Source: Cetorhinus maximus
Lineage: Eukaryota
DNA: 64,000 bases
NCBI RefSeq assembly: GCF_964194155.1
Contig: NC_135901.1
Span: forward strand, 14,322,001-14,386,000
Direction of reading: 5' to 3'
Shown: piece after piece, positions 12,205 through 23,346 of the stretch
Layout: every line of letters begins with the position of its first letter
Numbering within the stretch: position 1 is the first letter of the stretch
Notes under the pieces: model-generated
Seen by the model: only the letters and a program-made list of their open reading frames with translations
Databases searched by the model: none
Told to the model about the DNA's origin: nothing
Translations under genes and position numbers: made by a program

Positions 12205-12681
12205 ATGGGAATCCTCTTTGTTTTCACCCTGTGTGTCTGTTTACCCTGTGAGTACCGATCAAACAAAGCGACATTGTGTGGATTTAATATAAAGCTGCCC
12301 GAGTCTATCCCAATTACAGACATTGTCTGGGGTTTTAACCCAGTTCTGTAGTTCGGCTCCAAGGGTCCATTAATCTCTCTCTGTTCAATTTCCAGGCTCT
12401 TTCAGTCAGTCAGTGGTGCAGACCCCGGCAGCGGTGACCAGGAAGGAGTGTCAGTCTCTCACGATCACCTGTGTTTTCTATGGTGGTTTATTCGCTCGTC
12501 CTTTGACGGGCGGGTATTTCTTCAGACAAACCCAGACCGGGACAGAGTGGGAGCGGATCTCCAGCGGGGGGAGATTTGTTGTGTCGGTGAATAAAGCAGA
12601 AAAGACATTTTGGCTGGAAATTCGGGATGTGAGAGTTGAAGACACCGCCACCTATTACTGTAAAGCTGAGTATGACACACA
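12205..12681 (+). CDS. NTCRV: NAR-TCR V segment 1 (leader exon 12205-12247, V exon 12396-12681)
   Basis: Leader MGILFVFTLCVCLP, gtgagt...ttccAG phase-1 intron, then QSVVQTPAAVTRKECQSLTITCVFYGGLFARPLTGGYFFRQ...ISSGGRFVVSVNKAEKTFWLEIRDVRVEDTATYYCKA. VNAR-like (CDR2 deleted) with extra FR1 Cys. RSS CACAGTG-22-ACAAAAACT at 12682-12719. Confidence 0.93.
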
Positions 12682-13045
12682 CACAGTGATGGGCCTCGGC
12701 TTCCCGCGATACAAAAACTCTCACTGCAGATTATCACAGAAACAAATGAAAAACCGGAGTTAATCTGCAGTTAAACCCCCACAGTTCCGCCTCACACCGT
12801 CTGCCCCACAGTCTAGTTTATAATGAGATTAGATTATTGCCGTTAACATCTTGAGTTTTATAAGTGCCGAGTGTGTGCGGATGCTGATGTCTTCCTGAGA
12901 TTGGTGTCAGTGAATGGGGATTGAGAATAACTGATCCCAGTAACAAACCCCTAACACTAGATGTGACCCCGGTCTTACAGGTGGAACAGGGAACCGCAGT
13001 CCCCGCTGTTTAACTAATGTCCCCACATCTCACCAAGTAAGCGGG

Positions 13046-13119
13046 GGATTTTATACTGACTTGTAACACTGTGTGGGTGGATGGGGAAAGTCACAGTGGG
13101 AGAGACCTGAGTAAATACC
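13046..13119 (+). other. NTCRD: NAR-TCR D segment 1 (13074-13091) with 12/12 RSSs
   Basis: GGATTTTAT-12-CACTGTG [TGGGTGGATGGGGAAAGT] CACAGTG-12-GTAAATACC. Confidence 0.88.
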
Positions 13120-13473
13120 TCACCACGATCACAATATAAATTCTCCGGGCCCGGATAGTGAATTGTCGGGTTGATGTAATTTTCGCTGTTATCTGGTTAC
13201 ATTTCATTGTAATTTCCATCATCCAGTTATCTTTCTTTGATATTTTTCTCGGTTTATATGAAGCGTATATCTCGTTCCGGGGATCATTTACTCAGAGCTC
13301 AGGGCCTCACAAAGAACACTTTGACTGGACAGAGACTTGGAAACATTCAATATTGTTTATTTATTTAAATCTAATGAATAATTGGGCAGTTTCTACTGTC
13401 TGATGATGATTTCCCGGCAAGTCGAGGTGTCGGTGGTTGTTGTACCGGGAAGACTGAGAGCGGTGTCACTGTG

Positions 13474-13526
13474 GTGGGAGACTAAATATCCGGATGGATC
13501 CGGGACGGTGGTGACTGTCACAGCCG
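13474..13526 (+). CDS. NTCRJ: NAR-TCR J segment 1
   Basis: GGTTGTTGT-23-CACTGTG at 13435-13473; WETKYPDGSGTVVTVTA; phase-1 donor G|GTAAG. Confidence 0.92.
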
Positions 13527-14459
13527 GTAAGTAGCTCCAAAACCCTCCGGTTGCAGCCTGTCCCGGGTAATGTTCACCGTCATTTTATTATTGAGATTAG
13601 TTTAGTTTAGGTGGGATGTGGGAGTTCTCAGAATCTGGGCCAGTATTGGTTTAACGGGCACATCGGGGACAACAACAACATCACGGACTCTCACACTCTG
13701 AGTCGCTTTTAATGAGCGGAGATTATCGACAATCCGGACTCCACTCCCGGTGTTAACTGTGACCGAGGGAGCTCTGTCTGTCCCTTAGAGCCCGGGAGCG
13801 GGGTCACAGAGCTCTCTCCTGGGCAGCAGATTGCAGTCCGAGCCGCGCAATGCGAATGAGGCACCGGGTGAATAAACTCAACTTAACTGCGGCCAATTCG
13901 GATACCTGCAGCGGCTCGTTCAATAACTGACCCGGGAGAAAAACGGGAGAGTGATACAAGGGACTTCAGATATAAGACACCCTGATGTGGGTCCAGGTGG
14001 AATTTTATTATTGGACAATCAGTGACTGAAATTAGTGACATTGTCCCCGCCATTTCTTTCAATTGTCCTCATAAAACCAATCACTTTCCTCCGTTTCCAC
14101 CCTCAGACCGAAATGTGAAAGTTTAGAACTGCAGACACTTCTCTATATTGAATGTAAATGTTTGAGAGATGGGATTGCTGTAATTTATCTGTATCACTGA
14201 TTACTGTGAATTGAAACAACACAGAGTAGGGAGAGTGTGAGGATGATGTATTAATCTTATAAAGGAGAACAGGGACATAAGGGAACAAGCACAAACTAGG
14301 AGAATGCTCATTTAGAACCAGCAAGAAAAAAATAATCGAAAGGGAGAGAAGGATTGGATGATTTCTGGGCGCATTTCAAAGTACAATCCGACTCGGTGTT
14401 GGGGGAGGTTTATGGAGGGAAGGACTGAAATGGACTCCAGTCCGGAATGCTGTGTAAAG

Positions 14460-14975
14460 TTTTGTTCCCCTTACAGAAGGGATATCAATCTGCATTGGAA
14501 GGAATGCAGCAAAGGTTCATCAGTCTGAATCCTGAAATGAAGGGATTGTCGAATGGGAAGAGATTTAGTCGTCTCGGTCTATATTTCCTAGAGTTTAGAA
14601 GAATGAGAGGCGATCTCATGAAAACATATAATATACTGAAGGGCTTTGACAGGGCAGATTTTGGGCCGGAGTTTCCCCAGACTGAGTAGTATAGAACTCG
14701 GGGTCACAGCGTCAGAATAAAGAGTCATCTGAGAAGGAAAAAATATCTTCAGCAGAACCATTGTTGTGAATCTGTGGCATTCTGTAACTCAGAGAGCTGT
14801 GGGTGTTCATAATCTGAGTGCATTGAAGAGAATATTAGCCAGTTTTTCGGATACTAAAAGTATCAGGGAAATGGGGAGAGTGCGGGAATGTGATGTTGTG
14901 GTTGTAAATCAGCCAGGATATTACTGAATGGCTGAGCAGGTTTGAAGGGTGATATCGGGGCTCCTGTTTCTATTG
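14460..14975 (+). mobile_element. Degenerate CR1 LINE 3' fragment in the J to supporting-V intron (copies at ~26950, ~39310, ~51650)
   Basis: ALEGMQQRF...LGLYFLEFRRMRGDLMKTYNILKG is a CR1 ORF2 C-terminal motif. Confidence 0.75.
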
Positions 14976-16579
14976 ATTGGATTCTTTGCCTTGATTTCTT
15001 ACACTCCTGAGTAAAGAAATGAGCAACAATCCACATCTCTCTGGGAAGATTGAACAGGCTGGGTCTCTTTTGTCTGGAAAACAGAATCACGGGGAATATC
15101 CATAGAAATCGTTTCAATAGTGAACAGTTTTAGGCTGGACAAATTGAGTCTAAAGCAATAGCCGTTAACATATGACTGTAACTAACAGAACGAATAAAAC
15201 ATTTAAGACAAATGCATTGAAACCAAGGCAGATCAGATTGTGGAACTTGCTGCCTCAGGGAGTGGTTGGAGATAGTGTTGATATATTTAGTGGAACACTT
15301 GAAAATACAGGAGGGAGAACGGAACAGACCAACACAGGGAGCTGGGTGGAAATGGTCAATTAGATTTCGGGTGGGGTCAGGCTGGAATTGATTATATACA
15401 CAGGCTGAATGACCCATTCCTCTTCCTCATTCTTCTTCCTCCATAATGTAAAATTGAGAGAAAACTCCGCCCAGTGAACCCGGGAGAGGATCAGTCAATG
15501 AGCGGAAAGCGTTGAAATTGTCAGAGAGCCGAAAGAGGCAGTTCCCAGTGAGTAACAGTAAAACCACTGAGGAAATTGAACAGACTGAGCCCAGTCGACA
15601 ACTTAAAGACTTTGGGCCAAGTTACCACGATTGCAAAAAGTGCAAACAGCACAAAGAAATAAAAGGAACGTGAAATTAAAGAAATAAAATGAAATTAATT
15701 GCACATATTTCAAATCAAGCTGAACTGGAGAAAATAGGACACTATTGATAGAACATAGAGAAATTGCGCAGAAGGCAGATAGAAATTCCCGAGTAGTTTT
15801 AAACCGCAGGAAATGATAGACCTTTGACCACTGATGCTCACTCTCGGTTTTGCCCAATCGGTGCTGATGATTCCCATCAGTTTGTGTTGGATCTTGCTGT
15901 GCACAGTCATTCCTCTTCCGCATTCTTCTTCCTCGATAATGTAAAATTGAGAGAAAACTCCACCCAGTGAACCCGGGAGAGGATCAGTCATTGAGTGGAA
16001 AGCGTTGAAATTGTCAGAGAGCCAGAAGAGGCAGTTCCCAGTTCATGCAACACAGCTGCGTTTCTCTCGAACAAACATGTTTTTTTTTGGAAGCTGATAG
16101 CCTCGCTGAACATAAAATACACCCTCGTGTTTGTGTCTCACCAAGGAAAATAGAAACGGGAATGTAATATAATTAATGGAATCATACGGCATGGAATGAT
16201 GACATTCGGTCCCTCGTGTAGGCGCTGACCCTTTAAAAGCGCAATTCAATTGTTCCCACTGCCCATGAATTTTCTCCACAGCTCTATATTTGTATTTACA
16301 TTTCCAGTATAGATCCATTACCCGTTTGAAAGTTACAATGGAACCTGTACCCAACACCAATTCAGACAGTGCAGTCCTAATCGGAAGAGTTCGCCATGTA
16401 AAATAAGATATCACCTCCTTCCCCACTGGATCATATTTTCATAAGAGTGAACACGGTTCAAACAGGCTTCCAGCAAGTAAAATTACTGCAAAAAGCAGAG
16501 CTATTCACGCGATTGACATATTCACCTGGACAAACAGTGGTTGAACAAAAATAAAATGTTCTTATTCTACATCCTCCAG

Positions 16580-16885
16580 ATTCCAGTTCCATAATTTCCA
16601 GGAATCCGCCTGAACAAACCTCTGCTGCCGGTGACACCGTTACATTAAGATGTGAATATTCAGGGTTCTGTCCGTTCACAGTACACTGGTATCGTCAGTC
16701 CCCAGGACAGGCTCCGGAATATCTGCTTCAGAGACACACTTCAGGAGAGGAGAATAAAGAAAAGGCTGCCGGGGGGAGAATTTCTGCTTCTATCGATTCT
16801 GCCGAGAAAATCAGCCGGTTAGATATCTCCAAACTACAACTGAGCGACTCCGCTGTGTATTACTGTGACCTGAGTCGCCGCACAG
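16580..16885 (+). CDS. TRDV: Supporting TCR-delta V 1 (leaderless, intact)
   Basis: Acceptor cctccAG, phase-compatible with J1; DSSSIISRNPPEQTSAAGDTVTLRCEYSGFCPFTVHWYRQSPGQAPEYLL...GRISASIDSAEKISRLDISKLQLSDSAVYYCDLSRRT. Extra CDR1 Cys; no leader exon found. Confidence 0.92.
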
Positions 16886-17048
16886 CACAGTGAAACAGAG
16901 CAGGGAGAGAGCCGTACAAAAACCTCAACATGGTGGGATTACAGACACACAGTGATACAGAGCACGGAGAGAGCTGTACAAAAACCTGAACATGGTGGGA
17001 TTACAGACACACAGTGATACAGAGCATGGAGAGAACTGTACAAAACCT
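16886..17048 (+). promoter_or_regulatory. Three tandem 23-RSSs (62-bp period)
   Basis: CACAGTG at 16886, 16948 and 17010, each followed by 23 bp and then ACAAAAACC, ACAAAAACC and ACAAAACCT. Confidence 0.93.
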
Positions 17049-17054
17049 GAACAT

Positions 17055-19480
17055 GGTGCTTGCACACGAACAGGTGAGTGACCTCATCCTGAGTGAGGCA
17101 CGGCCAGAGTCAGTGTGGGTACTGGCAATTTGGTGCACAGTGGGAATTGAACTGGTAAGTCCTTCTCTTTAAGTTCTCTTAATTTTTGTAACTACAGTGG
17201 TCTAGTTAAAGGGTTGGTAAGAGAGCTGATGCAACTGACGGTGTGACAGTTATCTGTCAATCACCTGATGCCTGATTAGGGACTTAATAGGTGTTGATTA
17301 GTATTTGAAGCATAACTAGTGTGAGTCATCTCAGCTCATCTCAGCTCTAATTAAGAAAGAGACAATTAAAAGCACACTACAGTGTGCTTGCACAAGAGCA
17401 GGGGAGAGACCTCATCCTGAGGGAGACACAGCCAGAGTGTGTGTGGCTATTGGCAATTTGGAACAGTGCGAATTCGGCTCAGAGGGGAGGAGGTGCTCTC
17501 TGCATTTTATCTTTGCTATCCAATTTATTAAATCTTCTGAGTGTGGCCTTGCCCTGCTGCAGCAGTAGAGGCTACAAGGGAAAGGAATGACTGGTAAGTA
17601 GTGGATAAGGTCGGGATGTATTTACAACTTTAATCGCTTGTAGTTTAAGGACTTTTTGTGGTTTGTAGTTTGTATAATCTGTAGTAACGAGGATCAGGAA
17701 AGAAGGGCCCGAGGGTAATTGATTTAAAAGGTTTAATTTAAAGGGATATAACATGGCAAGAGAGCTCAATGCCGTCATGTGCTCCTCGTTCTCCATGTAG
17801 GAAACCGGCAACATTTCCAGTGCCCAGAACCAGCATGTGTGCAGAAATTGTGTCCAGCTGCAGCTCCTGGAATCTTGGGTTTCAGAGCTGAAACGGCGGC
17901 TGGGGACACTGTGGAGCACCTGCGAGTCTGAGAGCATCGTGGACAGCACGTTTACAGAGGTGGTCACACAGCAGCTGAAGGGACTTGAGGAAGGAAGGGA
18001 ATGGGTAGTCCCAGGTAATCCAAGAGCAACAGGCAGGGAGTTGAGGAGCCCCCTGGGGTCCCGTTCGCAAATTGGTATTCCATTTTGGAGGCTGATGAAG
18101 GCGCTGCTTCCTCCAGGGAGTGCAAACAGAACCAAGCTTCTGACACCACAAGCAGCCTGTCTGTACAGGAGGGGAGGAAGAGAGGATGAACAATAGTAAT
18201 AGGGGATTCTATAGTCAGGGGGACAGATAGGCGCTATTGTGGCCGTCAACGTGTCTCTAGGACGGTGTGTTGCCTCCCTGGTGCCAGCCTCCGGAATGTC
18301 ACTGAACGCCTGCATGGCATCCTGAAAGGGGAGGGGGATAAATTAGAGGTCATGGTACATGTTGGTACCAATAACTTAGGTAGAAAGGGCGACGATGTCT
18401 TGCATCAAGAAATCAGGGAGTTAGGCAGTAGACTAAAAAGCAGGATCTCTCAGGTTGTAATCTCTGGGTTACTCCCAGTGCCACGTGCTAACAAGACCAG
18501 GAATAGGAGAATAGCGCAGATAAATACGTGGCTTAAGAGTTCGTGCAGGAGGGAGGGTTTTAGATTCCTGGAACACTGGGAATGTTTCTGGGGAAAGTGG
18601 ACCTTTACAAGCCGGATGGTCTACATCTGAACCATAGCGGAACTAACCTCCTTGCGGGCGGGTTTGCCAGTGCTGTTGGAAGTACTTTAAACTAATTCGG
18701 CAGGGGGAGGGGACACACAATGTTAGAAGAATAGGCACGCATCAGAATAAGTAATACATTCAAGTCAGAGGGAGAACCACTGCATTAAGCTTCAAGGGAG
18801 TAAGGCAAGGCTGGATGGCCTCTACTTTAATGCCAGGAATATTACAGGTAAAACAGAAGACTTAAGGGCGAGGGTTGACACGAGGAATTCTGATTTGGTA
18901 GCCATCATTGAGACGTGGTTGAGGGAGAGTCAGGATTGGCAGCTCAACATTCCGGGATATAGGATCTTCAGGCGAGACAGGGGTGAGGGCAAAAGAGGAG
19001 GAGGCGTTGCATTATTAGTTAAAGAGTCTGTTACTGCAGTGAGGAGAGATGCTATCTTGGAGAGGACATCGAATGAAGATTTGTGGGTAGAGTTTAGGAA
19101 TAAAAAAGGGGCAACCACATTATTAGATGTTTCTTATAGGCCCCCAGATAGTCAGCGGGATATTGAGGAGCAAATATGTGCGCAAATTGCGGAAGTATGT
19201 AAAAACAATAACAATAGGATAATTATATTAAGTGATTTCAACTTTCACAACATTAATTGGGATAGACAGAGTGTTAAGGGCTTGGATGGAGTGGATTTCT
19301 TGAAATGTGTACAGGAGAGCTGTTTAGGTCAATATGTAGAGGGTCCAACAAGGGACGGCGCAGTGCTGGACCTAATTCTGGGGAATGAATCCGGACAGGT
19401 GGCTGAGGTGGTGGTGGGGGAGCATTTTATTGATAGCGACCGCAACATGGTACAATTCAAGCTTGTTATGGACAAAGAAA
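17055..19480 (+). mobile_element. CR1 LINE 5' half: putative 5'UTR, disrupted ORF1 (Zn finger + SGNH esterase) and ORF2 APE endonuclease; no RT
   Basis: ORF1 from ATG 17753 (CRNC; IVIGDSIVRG...CCLPGA...VHVGTNN); ORF2 FNARN...VAIIETWL...SDFN...LDLILGN; stops and frameshifts present. Confidence 0.87.
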
Positions 19481-19944
19481 GAGAAATAGTGTCGGGTTGG
19501 TCGCTTGGGATAGTGACCTTCATAAAGAGATGTGCTTCCCCTCACTCCCTCCCCGGAGCGGAAGAAGCTGATCGTCTTCAGAGAACTAATCGGTTCAGAC
19601 GTGAACTCTGGAAGAAATGAGCAGCGGCCCAGCAACCCGCCTCCTTCTATCCGGTGAACAGTATCAATTTCCAGCCAGTTAGGAGCGGGAAAAATAAACA
19701 CGTGATGTAGACCTTGCATATCCATCATTGACTTTAATCAGTCAACATTTTTATCTCTTCACCCGGTTCCTTTCTTCTGTTGTGAGTTGTGTCCCGTTTT
19801 CGTATTGACATTCTCATAGCAAACATGTGTTCTGTTGCACAGCTAAAGCTATTATCCGTCATTCTGGAGATGCAAACAAGTAGCCACAGGACAGTGACCC
19901 AATGACCCAGAGAAAATTTTACACTATTAATCTCGTTGTTCCAG

Positions 19945-20301
19945 TGTTGCATATCCTGAATATTCTTCCATTTCGATGTCTCTCGGCCCGTGTGCTTTAA
20001 TCTCCCGCTTAGAAAACAGCCCAGGACGGGGTTTCGTTGCAGATTGACTGCAGCTACGAGTTGTCCGACTTCTACGTGATGCATTGGTACAGACAGAAAT
20101 CCGGTCAGGGACTGGAGTGGATTATAAGGCAGATATCGACTGGCAAAGAGAGGAGCGGACGATTTGAGCCGAATCTTTCCGAGTCGCAGAAACGCGGCCA
20201 ATTTGCTCATTGCAGACACGGGGAACGCCGATGCCGCGGTTTATTACTGTGCGGCTAAGCCCCACACCTAGACAAAACGCGGCAGTCACTGTAAAAAAAC
20301 C
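19945..20301 (+). pseudogene. TCR alpha/delta V pseudogene (unit 1)
   Basis: IDCSYELSDFYVMHWYRQKSGQGLEWII, frameshift, ANLLIADTGNADAAVYYCAAKP; degenerate RSS CACACCT-23-AAAAAAACC. Confidence 0.85.
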
Positions 20302-21319
20302 TCGCTTCCGGTTACAGTTCCGGGATTGCGGCAGCAATCTCTCTGATAGAACATGGCGAGCCAGGAGGCTCAGAGCATGAACAGCTAACGGGAGAGACGG
20401 GCCGGGCTGCCGCGGGTTGTCTAGTGGATCCTAATGGAGAGGATATTTCATCAGAGATACTGACGGTCACGGCAGAGAGTGTCGGACTGAGGGGGCAGTT
20501 AGTCAGTGCGGTCTTTGCTACGTGGGGAGCCTCCTTGTCTGATTGTGTCCCAGGGAACCGAGAGAGATCCTGAATGCTTAATTTGTGCCGTTGTGTGACG
20601 ATTCTTAAAGAACATTAATATAATTAAACAGTAAAACCCGCCCTTTAACTGAAATGTCCGCAATGTGGGCATATTCACTCTGCTCGCAAATTGTGGCCAA
20701 ATAGTTATTTAAAAGAATGCGCCTGCGATTGTCCTCCGGGTGATATTTTCCCCTCCTCTCTTGTGACTCGCAGCAGAAAGTTAACCAAATTCGACACACA
20801 AACAGAAAATGCTGGAAATACAACCAGAAACAGAGTGAAGGTTCCAGTCTGTGACCTTTCACCAGAAATCTGCAACTCCTCAAACTGAGTTCAGATGAAA
20901 TGTCACGGACATGAAACCTTTTTTCTGATTCGCTCTGCATCGATGCTTTCTGACCTGCCATAATTTTCTGTTATTATAACCCAACAGTATTTGCAATGGA
21001 GCATAATAGCTGATCATTCGGCTCCTTTCTGATGGCAGAGCCCTATCAAGGGAGAATCAGTAGCCATTCTCATTTCTAAATAGCTCTGCGTCATGAGTCA
21101 CTTGCAGGACAAACCATTTGTGAGACTGGTGGGATTTCATGACAATTGGCAACGATTTACTATTGTACAAATAACTCCAGGTTTTTATTGAATTGAAATT
21201 CCACGAATTGATGTTGTGTAATTCGAACCAGGGATATCATTCTGTGGTGTTCGATTGGTGTGCAGTGACAATACCCCTTCGCCACTTCCTCTCCCTTCAC
21301 CGAGTAAGAAGCAGAAAGG

Positions 21320-22253
21320 TTGAGGTGTGTGTTTGATTCCGGAAGTGCCCAGCAATGCGTAGATTGCTAAAGGCGCGTGTGTGTGTGTGTGCGCGCGCGC
21401 GCGTGTGTGTGTGCGTGTGTGGGTGTCACATTCCTGAAGTGCCCACCGGAGGGCTGATTTCTAAAGGTGTGTGTGCTGCGTGTGCCTGTGTGTTTGTGTG
21501 TTTGTTTGTTTGTGCGTGTGTGTGTATGTATGTCTGTGTATGTGTGTGCGCGTGCGTATGTATGTGTGTGTGTGTGTGTGTATATGTGTCTGTATGTGTG
21601 TATTATGACATTGTCCAGCAGAGGGTAGATTGCTGACGTTACGTTTGTGGCTGTGTGATTCCGGCAGTATTCAGCAGAGGGCAGATTGAAAAATTTTGTG
21701 TGTGTGTGTGCGTGTGTGTATGTGTGATTCCAGCAGTGCCCAGCAGACGGAAGATTTCCAAAGGTGTGTGTGTGCGTGATTATGACAGCGTCCAGCAGAG
21801 GGTAGGTTGCTAAAGCGTATATGTGTGTGCGTATGTGTGTGTTTCTGTGTTTCTAAGTATGTGTGTGATTCTGACTGTCAAGCAGAGGGTGGATTACTGA
21901 CGCTGTGCGTGTGTGTGTGTGTGTGTGCGTGTGTGTAAGAGAGAGAGAGAGATTCCGGCATTGTCCACTAGAGGGCAGATAATAATGTTGTGCGTGTGTG
22001 TCTGTGTATGTATGTGTGTTTGCATGAGTGTGTGCTTGTGTGTGTTTGTGTGTTTGTGTGTGATTGCGTCAACGTCCAGCAGATGGAAGATTGGTAAAAG
22101 TGTGTGTGTGTGTCTGTGTGCATGTAGTTATGACAATGTCCAGCAGAGGGTAGATTGCTAAAGGTGTGTGTTTGAATGTGTGTGTGTATGCGTGTGTGTG
22201 TCTGTGATTTTGGCAGTGGCCAGCAGAGGGTAAATTGTGAAAGGTGTGTGCAT

Positions 22254-22291
<38 letters not shown>

Positions 22292-22328
22292 TTCCAGCAG
22301 TGTCCAGCAGAGGGTAGATTGCTAAAGA

Positions 22329-22359
<31 letters not shown>

Positions 22360-22399
22360 ATGTGATCGCGGCAGTGTCCATCAGAGGGTAGATAGCTAA

Positions 22400-22440
<41 letters not shown>

Positions 22441-22899
22441 TGTGTGTGTGAGAGATTCCGGCAGTGTCCAGCAGAAGGTAGATTGCTAAAATTGCGTGTG
22501 TGAGATTATGACACCATACAGCAGAGGGTAGATTGCTTAAGGTGTGTGCGTGTGTGTGATTATCACAGTGTCCCGCAGAGCTAAAACTTTGTGTGTGTGA
22601 GTGCGCGTGTGTTTGTGTATGTGATTCCGGCAGTGTCCATCAGAGGGTAGATTGCAAAAGGTGTGTGTGTGTGTGTGTGTCTGTGTGTGATTGCGGCAGT
22701 GTCCAGCAGAGGGTAGATTGTAAAAGGTAAGTGTGTGTGATTATGACACTGTACAGCCGAGGGTAGATTGCTTAAGGTGTGTGTGTGTGTGTGATTGTGT
22801 GAGATTCCGGCAGTGTCCAGCAGAAGGTAGATTGTCTAAATGTGTGTGTGTTTGTGTGTGTGTGATTATGAAAGTGACCAGCAGTGGTTAGATTGCTTA

Positions 22900-22943
<44 letters not shown>

Positions 22944-23054
22944 TAATGACAGTGTCCAGCAGAGGGTAGATAGCTAAAGTTGTGTGTGAGTGTGTGTGTG
23001 TGTGTGTGTGTCTGCGCCCGAGCGCGGCGTGTGTGTGTGATTCCGGCAGTGTCC
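21320..23054 (+). repeat. Minisatellite: about 22 monomers GATTCCGGCAGTGTCCAGCAGAGGGTAGATTGCTAAAG separated by (TG)n
   Basis: Counted by eye; the core resembles the CTCF motif. Confidence 0.9.
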
Positions 23055-23346
23055 AGCACAGCAGCAAATGGCGATGTCGAATTGAAGGGCCGCATTAATA
23101 TTAAGGGAACCCTTTCGTTTTCTTCGTGTAAAACAGCAGACGCCATGACTGGGACATGTGGAAACATGTACCCCATCACCGAGCGCCAATACTCAGTGAA
23201 CATCTCAGAGCTTCCAAGCGATAGTGGAGGTGGTGAAACAGAATTGACGGAGGTTGGCGAGTAACCACAGTGCAGTGATATCAAGGGCAATTCACAACCC
23301 CTTAATTCTGAATGTTGTTCAGAACCTGAATCTTCGCCATTTCTTC
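23055..23346 (-). pseudogene. Highly degenerate TCR alpha/delta V relic (unit 1)
   Basis: Acceptor ttgtctttcAG, GRNGEDS...ISLHCGYS, then in another frame GSLNINAALQFDIAICCCA (decayed DxAxYYCA); no RSS, the minisatellite begins at the CDR3 position. Confidence 0.65.

Noticed and set aside
12205-13526. Interpretation as an IgNAR antibody cluster
   Set aside because: Only one D, no constant exons after J, and a leaderless TCR-delta V follows instead.
16925-16947. 23-nt inter-RSS linker as a cryptic D segment
   Set aside because: It is G-rich and has a 3' 23-RSS, but no 5' RSS in the required orientation.
17572-18315. 247-aa minus-strand ORF conserved in three units
   Set aside because: Antisense of CR1 ORF1; the conservation reflects recent duplication.
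21320-23054. CRISPR-like pattern of a conserved ~37-bp repeat with variable spacers
   Set aside because: Spacers are (TG)n microsatellite of irregular length, the repeats are degenerate, there are no cas genes, and the context is vertebrate.
23266-23302. Plus-strand CACAGTG-21-ACAACCCCT as a possible RSS
   Set aside because: Wrong spacer and poor nonamer; it is the reverse complement of the His-Cys codons of the minus-strand V relic.
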